Below are positions 49,087-62,270 of a stretch of DNA of 64,000 nt, one piece after another. Source of the stretch: Eledone cirrhosa (Eukaryota); contig OZ024740.1 in assembly GCA_964016885.1 (NCBI GenBank), positions 261,392,001 through 261,456,000 on the forward strand, in the 5' to 3' direction. The notes beneath the pieces were generated by a model. The model saw only the letters and a list, made by a program, of their open reading frames with translations. It had not been told where the DNA came from and ran no database searches. Position 1 is the first letter of the stretch. Each line of letters starts with the position of its first letter. The position numbers and the translations under genes are program-made.

Positions 49087-49695
49087 GTCAGGTCACCAGT
49101 TGGTGCTACTGGTAACATGTATCCCAGTACAACCTGTCTCATGGTCGGGTCGTTGGCGACTAAACTGGCAACCCCACCAAGTTTTCTTGGTGAGGAGGGT
49201 GACTTTGGACATCCTGCAGGACTAAAAACAAAACCTGTCAAAGGGCAAAGGAGCTCTTAACAGTCAATGGCCATCCAAAATCACCGGGAGAGATGACCCC
49301 TTAGCCTTTGTCAAGGCAGAATTCTAGGAGAAGGAAAACTCTGATATAACACCTGCAACCCTGATGGTATCCAATGATGTTGACTTGTTCTTCTTTTTTG
49401 TAAATATCATCTTGGTTAAGAGAGTGGGACTGGCTTTGTGCAGTGCCTTTGCTCACTATAAAAGCTTCACGGCACAGGCATTGCTTTATATCTGGAGATC
49501 TCTCTGCACTTGTCGTCACATGGTACCATGGGCCCAGCACTATGTGTCAATAATTGTCACAAGTGTAGTGTTTGTACCAGAGTTTTCAAGTCACTGGCTG
49601 GACTAAAAAGTCACACTCGTTCAGCGCATCGGTAGTGGTTCTCCTACATGGATATAAAGTAGTGGCCGTACTCGAAAAACGAGTTGGCAGCCACC
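49087..49695 (+). mobile_element. Family A element, copy 5
   Basis: Full length with (TATG)n on both sides. Confidence 0.93.
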
Positions 49696-49795
49696 ATGTA
49701 TGTATGTATGTATGTATGTATGTATGTATGTATGTATGTATGTATGTATGTATGTATGTATGTATGTATGTATGTATGTATGTGTGTATGTTTGT

Positions 49796-50403
49796 GTCAG
49801 GTCACCAGTTGGTGCTACTGGTAACATGTATCCCAGTACAACCTGTCTCATGGTCGGGTCGTTGGCGACTAAACTGGCAACCCCACCAAAGTTTCTTGGT
49901 GAGGAGGGTGACTTTGGACATCCTGCAGGACTAAAAACAAAACCTGTCAAAAGGCAAAGGGGCTCTTAAGAGTCAATAGCCATCCAAAATCACCGGGAGA
50001 GATGACCCCTTAGCCTTTGTCAAGGCAGAATTCTAGGAGAAGGAAAACTCTGATATAACACCTGCAACCCTGATGGTATCCAATGATGTTGAATTGTTCT
50101 TCTTTTTGGTAAATATCATCTTGGTTAAGAGAGTGGGACTGGCTTTGTGCAGTGCCTTTGCTCACTATAAAAGCTTCACAGCACAGGCATTGCTTTATAT
50201 CTGGAGATCTCTCTGCACTTGTCGTCACATGTTACCATGGGCCCAGCACTATGTGTCAATGATTGTCACAAGTGTTGTGTTTGTACCAGAGTTTTCAAGT
50301 CGCTGGCTGGACTAAAAAGTCACATTCGTTCAGCGCATTGGTAGGGGTTCTCCTACATGGATATAAAGTAGTGGCCGTACTCGAAAACGAGTTGGCAGCC
50401 ACC
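49796..50403 (+). mobile_element. Family A element, copy 6
   Basis: Full length with (TATG)n-like tracts on both sides. Confidence 0.93.
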
Positions 50404-50420
50404 ATGTATGTATGTATGTA

Positions 50421-51013
50421 TACTACTGGTAACATGTAACCCAGTACAACCTGTTGCATGGTCGGGTCGTAGGCGACTAAACCGGCAACCCCACCAAGTT
50501 TACTGGGTGAGGAGGGTGATTTTGGACACCCTGCAGGACAAAAAGCAAAACCTGACAAAAGGGCGGAAGAACTCATAAGAGTCAACGGCCATCCTACCAA
50601 AATGTGTAAATATGTATATATATGTATGCATGTGTATATATGTATATAATGTATGCATGTGAATGTATATGTGTGGGGACATAGAAATAATCGGGCTGGA
50701 TACCCGATCACGTGGTTAAACCACTGGGATTGAAGGACCCCTAGCCCTTGTCAGAGCATTCTTCTTGGAGAAGACAAGCCAGGAAACTGGGCTAACTCCG
50801 ACATAAAACCTGCGGCTCAGAAGTTACCGATGATGTTGATCTTTTCCTCTTTTCGGGTTATAGCTACTGTCACTCAGAGAATGGGATTGGCTCAGTGCAC
50901 AGGCTTTCTTCACTTTAAAAATATTCTTCACGCACAGGCATTGCACGATAGTATTATTAATAATGTTATATCATGCAATGGCCATACTCGATTACGAGGG
51001 GGCAGTCAGCATC
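50421..51013 (+). mobile_element. Related short element (family B): homologous RTE-type 5' region joined to the LINE's own 3' terminus
   Basis: The 5' part aligns by eye to family A up to GCACAGGCATTGC. The 3' end TGCAATGGCCATACTCGATTACGAGGGGGCAG matches the LINE end, followed by a short (ATGT)n tail. Confidence 0.8.
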
Positions 51014-51239
51014 ATGTATGTATGTGTGGACCAGTAACTCGCGCGGGAGTAGTAGGGGCGCCATACGGAATTTCTTAAAGCATTTTTTTTTTCATCTGGC
51101 GTATCCCATCATTTTTCATCTGGCGTATCCATCTCATCTCCGCACCTGGGTTGCAACAGGTTTCTTCCAGAGAAGGATTGAGAGAGTGAGAGAAAAGAAG
51201 TGAGAAAGAGATATAGAGCAAGCATCTACCCCAGTTCTT

Positions 51240-51376
51240 TTTTGTCGTCCTCGAAAGGATGAAAGGCAAAGTTGACCTTGGCGGCATTTGAACTCAGATC
51301 ATAAAGGGCCGTAACTCTTTGCTGCAAAGCATGGCGTCCGACTCTCTACTGCCAATCCACCGCCAATCCACCGCCC
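51240..51376 (-). mobile_element. Partial tRNA-derived SINE
   Basis: AAGGATGAAAGGCAAAG...TTTGAACTC...GCCAATCCACCGCC. Confidence 0.8.
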
Positions 51377-51590
51377 TGTTAAATGTTAAATAATTGTTTC
51401 TACTTAATTCTTTCTAATCATCTTGTTGCTGAAAAGGGAATCATTTTCAAAGGTTCCATCACGCCATTGTTGATTAGCTTATATATTTTCATGTAAGATT
51501 TTCTTTATAACATATGTTGGAACCAGCTGTATGTTTCTCTCTTAACAGATAGTCAATGTTAGAAAGTACTTCTTTAGCAGCATGGAAACA

Positions 51591-51683
<93 letters not shown>

Positions 51684-52019
51684 TAAATGTATTTTATGAG
51701 AATCAAATTTAGATTAAATAATTTCATTAAAATGTAGAGAGAATTATTGACACCACAAAGGTTTTAATGCCCCGTCAGTTGCAATAGCAAACCATTAAAA
51801 AATATATATTAATTCCCACATAAAGGTTGGGGGGTAGGTAGAGTGGTTATTTAGTTTTGAATTCAAATCCTGCCAAGGACACTTCACCTTCAATACTTCC
51901 GGTGTCGATAAAGTAAAGCCTATGTCAAGTGCTGGGGTCGATTTAATCGGTCTTGCAACTTCTCCTAAATTGCTGGCCTTGTGCCACAATTTGTAACTAA
52001 TATTAATTCCCCCATAAGG

Positions 52020-52330
52020 ATGGTGGATTAGCAGTAGAGACAGAAAAAAAAAGAAAAAAAAAAGAAAAAAAAGAGAAAAAAAGAAAAAAAGAAAAAAAAA
52101 GAAAAAAAGAAAAAAAAGAAGAAAAAAGAAAAAAAAGAAAAAAAAGAAAAAAAAGAAAAAAAAGAAAAAAAAGAAAAAAAAGAAAAAAAAGAAAAAAAAG
52201 AAAAAAAAGAAACAAAAAAAAGAAAAGGTCTTAAAACATTTGTTCCGTCTTTTTTACGTGCTGAGTTGAAATCCCACAGGTTAACTTTCATTTCCATCCT
52301 TCTGGGATTGATAAAATAAAGTACCATTCA
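52020..52330 (+). mobile_element. Diverged SINE interrupted by a ~185-bp (GA8)n expansion
   Basis: TGGTGGATTAGCAG, then the A-rich array at 52043-52227, then CTGAGTTGAAATCCC...GATAAAATAAAGTACC. Confidence 0.65.
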
Positions 52331-52908
52331 AATTCTGAGGTCAATTTAACTGACTTTCCCTTCCCCACAAAGCTGGTATTTTCCTAAACGAGAAACAATG
52401 TTAAATCCCGCGCCACCCAAGAACTTTTTCATGACTTGATGCAACACTTCAGAAGTGGTTTTCCTATTAGCAATTAACACTGTCGTTTATTGCAACATCT
52501 AATACACATATTCTCAGACCTCCAATAACCACCCGTCTCCCTCATATCTCCACCAACCTCCGCTTATTCAATTTTGCTAATTTGTCCCCAGCATTCCTTG
52601 ACAATTTTCCTTAAACATTAAAAAAACATTATACATGCCAAAAAAAAAGTACATAACTAGAAATCCCATCGTTATAAAATAAATAGGATAGGTTGGGATG
52701 TCGATATGTAAACTAAACGAGTAATTTTGGTTTTTAAGAAAATCAAGGAAGACAACCTAGAAAAATTACCGATTCTCCCACTTATCCCACCACCTATTAT
52801 CTGGGACGCGAGATAACGTGAGATACATTTCACGTGCAACACCAGTTGACTCGTTAAAAACCAAACTGAGCAGACCATCTTTTAGTAAGGATAGAACAAT
52901 GATGTTAT

Positions 52909-53083
52909 GGTGGATTGGCAGTATCGGTAGAGGGTCAGACACCATGCTTTCCAGCATAGTTACGTCCCTTTACGATCTGAGTTCAAATCCCGCCGAGGTT
53001 GACTTTGCCTTTCATCCTTACGGGGTCGATAAAATAAAGTACCAGTAATGCACTGGGTAATTGCTGGCCTTGTAGAAACAGTT
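52909..53083 (+). mobile_element. tRNA-derived SINE
   Basis: Matches the consensus. Confidence 0.9.
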
Positions 53084-53214
53084 ATTTTTAGAAGTGCCAT
53101 CTTTATTGTTCTATACAATTTCAAAAGAGTCGCAAGTGACGAAGAGTGAATTAATTTCATCATAAGTCCTCAATGATCAATGTGATGAAAGCTTGAGTAT
53201 GTTAGATCGAGATT

Positions 53215-53265
<51 letters not shown>

Positions 53266-53279
53266 TAGGTATTAAATTA

Positions 53280-53465
53280 ACTGTTTCTACTTTTGGCACA
53301 AGGCCATCAATTACCCAGTACATTACTGGTACTTTATTTTATCGACCCCGTAAGGATGAAAGGCAAAGTTAACCCCGGCGGGATTTGAACTCAGACCGCA
53401 AAGGGACGTAACTATGCTGGAAAGCATGGCATCCGACTCTCTACCGATACTGCCAATCCACCGCC
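53280..53465 (-). mobile_element. tRNA-derived SINE
   Basis: Reverse consensus with TSD CATTAGGTATTAAATTAAC. Confidence 0.92.
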
Positions 53466-54203
53466 ATTAGGTATTAAATTAACAATGAAAATAATAACAA
53501 CGAAGTCAAGTTATTTTACCTATTCATATCATTGTTTTACGATCGCTTCGGAGGGTTGATCATATTGATATATTGTCTGATCTATAGCAGTTATATAACT
53601 GTAATCTATCAGACTCAGCGGAACACGGAACCTTTCTATGGATTTCACTGTATTACTCGCCATCAGATTGCATTGAGTTCTATCTACGGTACGGACTCTA
53701 CCACCAAGGGTAGACCACACTAGAAAAAAAACAAATTATATATATACATATATACATACATACACATATATATATATAGAGAGAGAGATCCCCTTTGATC
53801 ACTCTTCCATCTCCACTCTTTTAGCTAAACAATTTCTGGTTTAATTACAACGGCACAGGTTGAATAAGTTGGCCTTCCAAGTCAACGAAACGTACGTTCT
53901 TGTCATGGTGTCGTTGTAGAAACTGGCCTTAATAATTATATCTATATATATAGTGTGAGTGTGTGTGAGAGAGAAAGAGAGACAGTGAGAGAGAACGAGA
54001 GAGAGAAAACGAGACAGTGAGAGAAAACGAGAGAGAGAGAGAAAGAGGAAGAGAAAGATTATAAGTCGTTTCTTATATCCTTGTACTGGTTCCAGCCTGT
54101 TGATCGGAGCTAAGTTCTGACTACAATGACGATTACAGCCAAGACGTATTGACAACACCATGACAATCTCAATACAACTCCCTCCTCCACCTCCTGCTCC
54201 TCC

Positions 54204-54234
54204 TACTACCACCACCACTACCACCACTACCACC

Positions 54235-54296
<62 letters not shown>

Positions 54297-54387
54297 CACC
54301 ACCACCACCACCACCACCACCACCACCACCACCACCACCACCACCACCACCACCACCACCACCACTACTACTACTACTACCACCACC

Positions 54388-54456
<69 letters not shown>
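54204..54456. repeat. Compound (ACC)n/(ACT)n microsatellite
   Basis: Direct inspection. Confidence 0.95.
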
Positions 54457-54457
<1 letters not shown>

Positions 54458-54683
54458 TTCCTTTGTAATCTCCTAGTTGATAGACGAGAAACGTTGGAGT
54501 TGTAGTTTCATCGTTTCCTTTTATTTTATTTTTATTTTTATTTTTATTTTTATTTTTATTTTTATTTATATTTTTATTTGTGAACGGAGAGAGATTATGA
54601 TATGGTGTGTATGTGCTCCCCCCCCTCTCTCTATATATATACTTATGTATGTATACATAAATATGTATATATATATATATAGG

Positions 54684-54723
<40 letters not shown>

Positions 54724-54763
54724 TATATGTATATAAATATGTATATATATATATATATATAGG

Positions 54764-54801
<38 letters not shown>

Positions 54802-54905
54802 TATATGTATATATATATATATATGTATATAGATATATGTATATATATTTGTGTGTGTGTGCATATATATCATCTTCATCATCATTTTACGTCCACTTTT
54901 CCCTG

Positions 54906-54968
<63 letters not shown>

Positions 54969-56141
54969 CTATATGTTTATACATATATATGTTTGTGTGT
55001 CTGTATGTATACATGTATATGTATATGTATATGTGTGTGTGTGCATACATATGTATGTATGTATGTATGTGTATAGTAACTAACAGTAACAACATGAATC
55101 AACCAATGAAATGAAAGGTATCACGTTCATCCGTTCGTCCACCTCAGATGGATGTTGGTTACCTGAAGGTCCTAGTCGGCAGGATTATAAAAGTGTTAAC
55201 TCTGAGTACAATGAAGGAGATGCACTGAAAAAGCAAGTCCAACTCATGCAGGAGGCATTCTTGCGGATGGCTGTCTCCGTCCCGATCACATAACACGCTT
55301 CGTATTTTTGTTCTGCGTTTTCTTAGTAAAGCTGCTATTTGCTAGATGAGAAAGTTTGTAGCTGAGGTTTGAGATATTATTATCAGTTCCTCTTTGGTAT
55401 ACACCGATATTTGTGTGTGTGTGTGTACGTCTTGGAAATACGAATTTCTACACCGTGGAGATCTGAAATATCTTTTGAAGGAAAAGAAGAAGGCCATTGT
55501 AAATAATCAAATTTGTATTTGGTTTTAAATATATTTTTGTATATATTTTCTATCTCGCCAACATGAAATTTCATTTCTTTACTTTTGAAAAAGAGGGCCC
55601 TAACCTCGAAATAACATGAAATATAAGGTAAAAGTGTAAACTGTTGTTTTTCTTACTTTACTCTACTCTTCACTCTTGCATTTCTATCTTACATTGTACC
55701 AGATTTTCTATAACAATCATAACCACATATCTTACAATGTTTCATTTAAACTTTATAAGTTTTCTTACAAATGTCAATTATATATAAAAAAAACAAAAAA
55801 CATAACAACCCCACCATCAACAGCAACAAAAACATAAGTACTCACCAAAATGTTGAGTATTTCTTCTCTTTATGTCACACCATCATTTTTCAACTTTATA
55901 CAGCTAAATCTCGAATCAACGAGAGAACCTTTAGCAGTTGTTAAATCAGCTAGAAATAGTAGTCAATTTCACTCAAAGTTCGCTTTATGGCTATAAATAA
56001 AGAAGGATACATTGGACAACGTGTAAACCTTAAATATAGAAAAAGACGAGATGATCACATATGGAAAGGCCAGTCATCATAGGTTTGTTTGATCAACATT
56101 GAAGTGAGACAGAATAAGAACTGAATAAAACACCAATAATA

Positions 56142-56303
56142 ATAATTGTTTCTACTTTTGGCACAAGGCCAGCAAATACCCCGTGCATTACTGGTACTTT
56201 ATTTTATCGACCCCGTAAGGATGAAAGGCAAAGTTAACCTCGGCGGGATTTGAAATCAGAACATAAAGGGCCATAACTCTATGCTGTAAAGCATGGTGTC
56301 TGA
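56142..56303 (-). mobile_element. tRNA-derived SINE, 5'-truncated
   Basis: Reverse consensus. Confidence 0.88.
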
Positions 56304-56859
56304 CAAGAAACCAACAATAAGATTAACAAAGACAACACCGACAAGAATGATAACAACACCAACAAAAATAACAACATGATGAAGCAGCAACAACAATATT
56401 AACAAAATCAACAATAACAACAACAACAAGAAAGCAACATGAGCAACAACAATAACAAGAGCAACAACAACAACAACATGAAGGATAACAACAACAGTTT
56501 GCAGTAAAACATTGATTGAATTATTGGAAACTAACGACGCTATTGTTCCTTATGAGAAACTGAGAACGAAACTATCACCACCACTGCCACCGTCGCCACA
56601 GCTAATACCACCACCACCATCATCACCACCACCGCCACCACCACCACCACCAGTCTATTGATTGATTTAGGCTACTGTTTGGTTAAATTATCGATTGGTT
56701 TAGATTATTGATTGGTTTAGGTTATTGGTTGATTGATTTAGATCGGGGTCGCAAAAGTCATTGATATCGACTCGCAGTGATCGATTGAAATTTTGGGCGA
56801 AAACCTGACATTTATGTAACAAATGAAAATACATAAAATACTTCAATAAAATACAAATT

Positions 56860-57150
56860 GATTTTTATAGAATTAATTAGTTTGAAAAGAATTAATTGAT
56901 TTTTATAGAATTAATTACTTTGCAAAGAATTAATTGATTTTTATAGAATTAATTGGTCTATATAGAATTAATTAGTTTACAAAGAATTAATTGATTTTTA
57001 TAGAATTAATTGGTCTATATAGAATTAATTAGTTTACAAAGAATTAATTAATTTTATAGAATTAATTGGTCTATATAGAATTAATGGGGTTATATAGAAT
57101 TAATTGATTTATATAGAATTAATGGGTTTATATAGAATTAATTGATCTTT
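56860..57150. repeat. AT-rich minisatellite built on AGAATTAATT
   Basis: About 15 subunits of 18-20 bp. Confidence 0.85.
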
Positions 57151-57577
57151 ATTGTCTATTTTATATTCTGTTTACTGATTTATTTATTTACTCATTTATT
57201 TTTGTACATGTCTGCGATAGATGAGAGCGTCAAGTATTCCACGAAAAGTTCAAAGAACTCCATGAAGAGGGTCAAGGATTTCATGAAAGGGTTGATGGGC
57301 TAAAACAGTGTTTCTCAGCCTTTTTTTGTTCCATGTCCCACTTCGAATTTTCACAATATATATGTATATATATATATATATATAAAAATACGTATGGTCT
57401 AGCACGATCGGACAAAGTTTATAGCATAGTATATATCATAGAATATCTTCTTTTCTTTTGGACACGTAACTCCTGGTGGAGTCATAAGGGTGCCATATTA
57501 ACATATGGCGTTTCTTGGACAATTTGTTTAAATTTGGCGGAGCTCATCTCCTTTACAGGTCTGAATACACCAGATTT

Positions 57578-57651
<74 letters not shown>

Positions 57652-58649
57652 TAAAGGAAGAATCGACACCAGTACTTGACTGGTATGGTTGTAAGGCAAA
57701 GCTGACCTCGGCGAGATTTGAACTTAGAAAACAAAGAGATTACTGGAAAGCATTTTATCCGACATTCTATCGAGTCTGCCAATTTGTTACTTATCATATT
57801 ATATAGATCCCATCAAAATATTGATGGGACCTACCACAAGAAACACAGGTCTAAAATAGTTGGGGATCGTTGGTTTAGCCAACCCATGCTCAGAATTGCT
57901 AAGAATAGTTTAAAGATAAAGTATATTAATTTAGACATCATAAGTTGATTTCGATTATTGATTGATTTCGGTAATCTATTGGGATGAATTTAACATTCGG
58001 ACAGATATTTTCTATTTCTATATAAACAAGAACAAAATAAAATTTCTGTCTATTGATTTTTTCGTTCTTGTGTTTTGTTGTCTTGTTTTCTAATAGTACA
58101 TTTATAATATTTGGAAAATACTTTATTCTTATTACTAGTTATTGGTTAGTTCGTCAAAGTTCTTTCGTCACACATTCTGTGATCTCCGCAATGACTATCT
58201 GTTCTCCCCCCCCTTCCTTCTGGTCTTAATCTGTTGGGAAACAATTTTTTTAATGTCACCTGTTTCGTTTGTAAGATTAAAAATGTAAAAGATAAATAGT
58301 CCTCTGTCGTTTCAATTCTGAGCATCCTAATTGTTCGATCAATGGAAAGACATACACGTTAAATTACCGTAATAGATACGTATACTCTTAAAGAAAGATT
58401 GAAGGAGATTAAGTGGGACACAATAATGTGACAAAACTGGCCCTTTGAATTACAGTTAATCAAACGGTCTCTAAAGAGTTTCTGTCTACCAATTTCACTG
58501 ACAAGACTTACATTGACCCGAGGCTATGGTAAAAGACACTTTACCAAGATATCACACAGGGGGACAGAACCCGGAACATGATTATGACACAACATTTTCA
58601 ACCATTTAGAAGGAGATTGTAAATTTATATATATATTATAATTGAATAT

Positions 58650-61600
58650 ATCATCATCATCATCATCATTTTACGTCCGCTTTTCCCTGCTTGCAAGGGT
58701 TGGACGGGTGCTATTCAGCACAGCATCTCTCCACTTGTCACGGTCCTTTGTCATCTCCTCGGTGAGTTTCAGCGATGAGGTCTGCTCTCACCACCTCCGT
58801 CCATGTTTTTCGTGGTCAACCTCTACTGTGTCTTCCTTCTACTGGGATTTCTTAGCACTTCTTTACCCAGCAGTCATCCTCCATGCGCATCACATGTCCA
58901 TACCATCTCAGCATTCTCTCTTGCACACCACAACTTATCCCTCTTATACCCAGTTTCTTTCTCAACTCGTCTATGCTTGGTCGTTCACGCACATTGACAT
59001 TACACATCCAACGGAGCATATTTGCTTCATTTCTCTCCAGCCGTCGCATATCCTCTGCAGTTGCCGCCCATGTCTCACTACCATGCAGCATCGCGCATCT
59101 CACACAGGCATCATATAACCGTCCTTTCGTACGCAGGGAGAAACCCTTCTTTGTCAACAAAGGAAGCAGCTCCCTAAACTTCTTCCAACCCGTCCTTATT
59201 CTAGATACTATGGCCTCGGAACCCCCCTTCCCATGCTAATCTGATCACCTAGGTACCGGAAGCTATGAACCACTTCTATAGAACCCACCTGCATTGGAAA
59301 AATGTGTCTATCACTGCGATTACTATTGTCACCTTTCCATATACATCTACTGCATCCGTAGTTTTCCCTACCTGTTAGTTTGCCTGCTATCCCACTACAC
59401 CTCTTGTGTACCCAATATCTGCATTGCGTACATTATTTATGCCAGTTCCTTTCCTACATATCGAACATGGCTATTTCCCTGGTGGAATCGGAGTATTGTC
59501 TTCTCTTCTACTTATCAACACTTTTGTCCTAGCTATGTTCACTCTCAGTCCTCTTGATTCCAACTGCTGTTTCCATAGCCAGAATTTATTCTCCAGCTCC
59601 TCTACTGATTCTGCTATAAGAACCAGATCATCAGCATAGAGAAGTTCCCATGGGCATCCAGTCTTAAACTCCTCTGTTATGGCTTGGAGGACTATAATGA
59701 ACAAGGGCGGGCTGAGGACCGAACCCTGATGTACACCTACTTGTATCTGGAATTCCTCACAAGCCATTCCTCTACCCCTAGTTTCCTTAGGCACCACCAG
59801 ATGACAGATCAGGGTACCCTATCAAAGGCCTTCTCTAGGTCAACAAAATCTAAGTATAGTGGCTTATTCTTCTCTAAGAACTTCTCTAGTAGTTGCTTCA
59901 CTAAGAAGAGGGCATCTGTTGTACTTTTCCGAGGCACAAAACCAAACTACATCTCATCTAATTTGACTCTTTCTCTAATCAGTTGCGCTAATATTATCTC
60001 TGCCACTTTCATAACCTGATCCATCAGCTTTATGCCCCTGTAATTGCTCCTCTCTAGAGCATCCCCTTTACCTTTGTAGCAATTTATGAGAGTACTGCTG
60101 CACCAGTCTTTGGGTATGACACCACCATATATAACTTGATTGATGATGCGTGCAACCAGTTTAATACCTACTTCACCTGATGCCCTCAGCATCTCAGCAA
60201 CTATCCCCGGCGGTCCAGCAGCCTTACCATTCTTCATTTCTCTAATTACCTCTTGTACCCTATATTCATCAATCTCAATAGCTGCTCCCTCTGTCGGATC
60301 TACTGAGGGTAATTTCTCTCTGTCCCATTCGTTCTCCACATTCATCAGTCTCTCATAGTGACATTTCCAAGCCTCCTTTTTTTGATCATTCGTGACACTA
60401 AGTACACCGGCATCATTCCAGACACACTTATCTCCAACAACATCCTGATTTGCACTGACACACTGCCTTGCAATGCGGAACACCTCACGTCTCTGATCTT
60501 CCCGTCGCAGAACATTGGCAAACCTCCTACTCTCAGCCTCCCTGCGTGCTAAGTACACATGACGTCTAGCTTCTCTCTTAGCGGCTGTATATTCTTCCCT
60601 ACTCCTACCCTTTTTCCAAGCCTTCCATGCCAGTCTTTTGTCTCTAATCGCCCTATCTATCATGCTGTTCCACCACCAGGTCACTCTCTGTCTGGTTGAA
60701 GCTCTGCCCAACACAAGTTTCTTCAGTAGCCTGCAGTAAGTTGTCACGTAAGAAATTCCAGTTATCATCTATGTCATACAACTCTAAATCGTCTTCTTTT
60801 TTGTCATACACGTCTTGAAGGGCTTTGCTAAATTTATATTTTAATGAAAGGTATTTTAGCTTCCAGACCTTTCTTTTCCACACCTTCCTGTATGTCTCAT
60901 TCTTTCTCATGCTTACTGAGATGTCATTAACGATTAACCTATGCTGTGTGGGGTACATTCTTCCCCAGGGTATGCCTTAGTATTTGACACCATCTGTCTG
61001 TCTCACTGTCTAACTAGCAGGAAGTCAATCTGGCTTATGTGCTCGCCTGATTTGTAGGTTATTAGGTGGTTGGTAGGCTTCTGGAAGTTAGTGTTGCAAA
61101 TGGTTAGTGCATTTGCATCACAAAATTCAAGAAGCCTCACTCCTTCTTTATTTCTTGAGCCGTAACCGTGCCCACCATGTACCCAAGTGTATCAATCCTG
61201 GAGCTGTCCAACATGTCCATTGAAGTCCCCTGCTAGCATAACGATGTCTCTGCCCTCTGTCATTGAGGCTGTTTGTAAAAGTTGCTCGTGGAAGCAGTCT
61301 TTCTCTTCTTTACCTAGGCCTGCCTGGGGAGCATAGGCAGAGATGATTGTCAGTAGTCTCTTGCCTACAACTAATCTAAACTTAACTATTCTATCACAAA
61401 CTCTAACTAGCTCTATTGTCTTATTGATCCATCTCTCAGTCTGTAATATGCCCACCCCACCTAACCCATCATCATTACCCACCCAGAAAAGCTTATAACT
61501 ACGATGTTTGCCTGTGATTAGTCTTGCAGAGGCACCTCTCCATCTCACCTCTTGCATACAGCACACATCCACATGCCTTCTCTCCAGCATCTCCGCTATC

Positions 61601-62270
61601 TCACCAGATCTACCTGTTAGAGTGCCAACATTAAGTGTGGCAACTCTGAGATGCGACGTCTCGTTCTTTTTCCTGTTGTGCGATTGCTTGATGACGGTCG
61701 TGAGGTTCTCATACATGGCTTCACTAGCCACCCCACTACTGTGCGCAGCCCTAACATGGTTAGTGTTATTGCTGTTTACGTATTTGTTTTTGTGCGATTG
61801 CTTGATGATGATCGGGGGGTTCTCGCGCATGGCCGCACCAGCCACCCCACTACCGTGCGCAGCCCTAACATGGTTAGTGTTATTGCTGTTTACGCAGTTG
61901 TTGCAAATTTCATTCGTTGTGTTCATAGTGTTTGGCAGTAGTATATATACTGGTTGGATGCCCTTCCTAACACCAGCACCACTTTACAGCATGGACTGGG
62001 TGCTTTTATTCGTGCCACCAGCACTAGCGAGATCGTCTTACTGGACTCAGGGGCCCTATCCACCCCTCCATTTTACAGCATGGGCTGGGTGCTTGTATTC
62101 GTGCCACCAGCACTAGAGAGGTTGTCTTACTGGACTTAGGGGACTTCTCTACCTCACACCAATTTATTCGGAGCGGTAGCTCTCCTAGACGGGTTGCCTA
62201 CACTACTGCTTACGTAGCCTCCATCCACTCCTTGTCTGTTCGATAATATATTCACAAGGGAGCGGTTATC
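58650..62270 (-). mobile_element. Near full-length, inactivated RTE-clade LINE (APE + RT) with a (CAT)n tail on the + strand
   Basis: LRVATLNVGTL, QEVRW, SAYAPQ, GDFNGHVG, NYRGIKLM, GVHQGSVLSP, LLYADDL and RWYGHVMRM. Has stops, frameshifts and a 117-bp tandem duplication near the ORF start. The 5' boundary is approximate. Confidence 0.93.

Noticed and set aside
38033-51025. Telomeric retrotransposon array
   Set aside because: The spacer is (TATG)n rather than TTAGGG, and ordinary sequence continues on both sides, so the array is interstitial. The telomere comparison is only an analogy.
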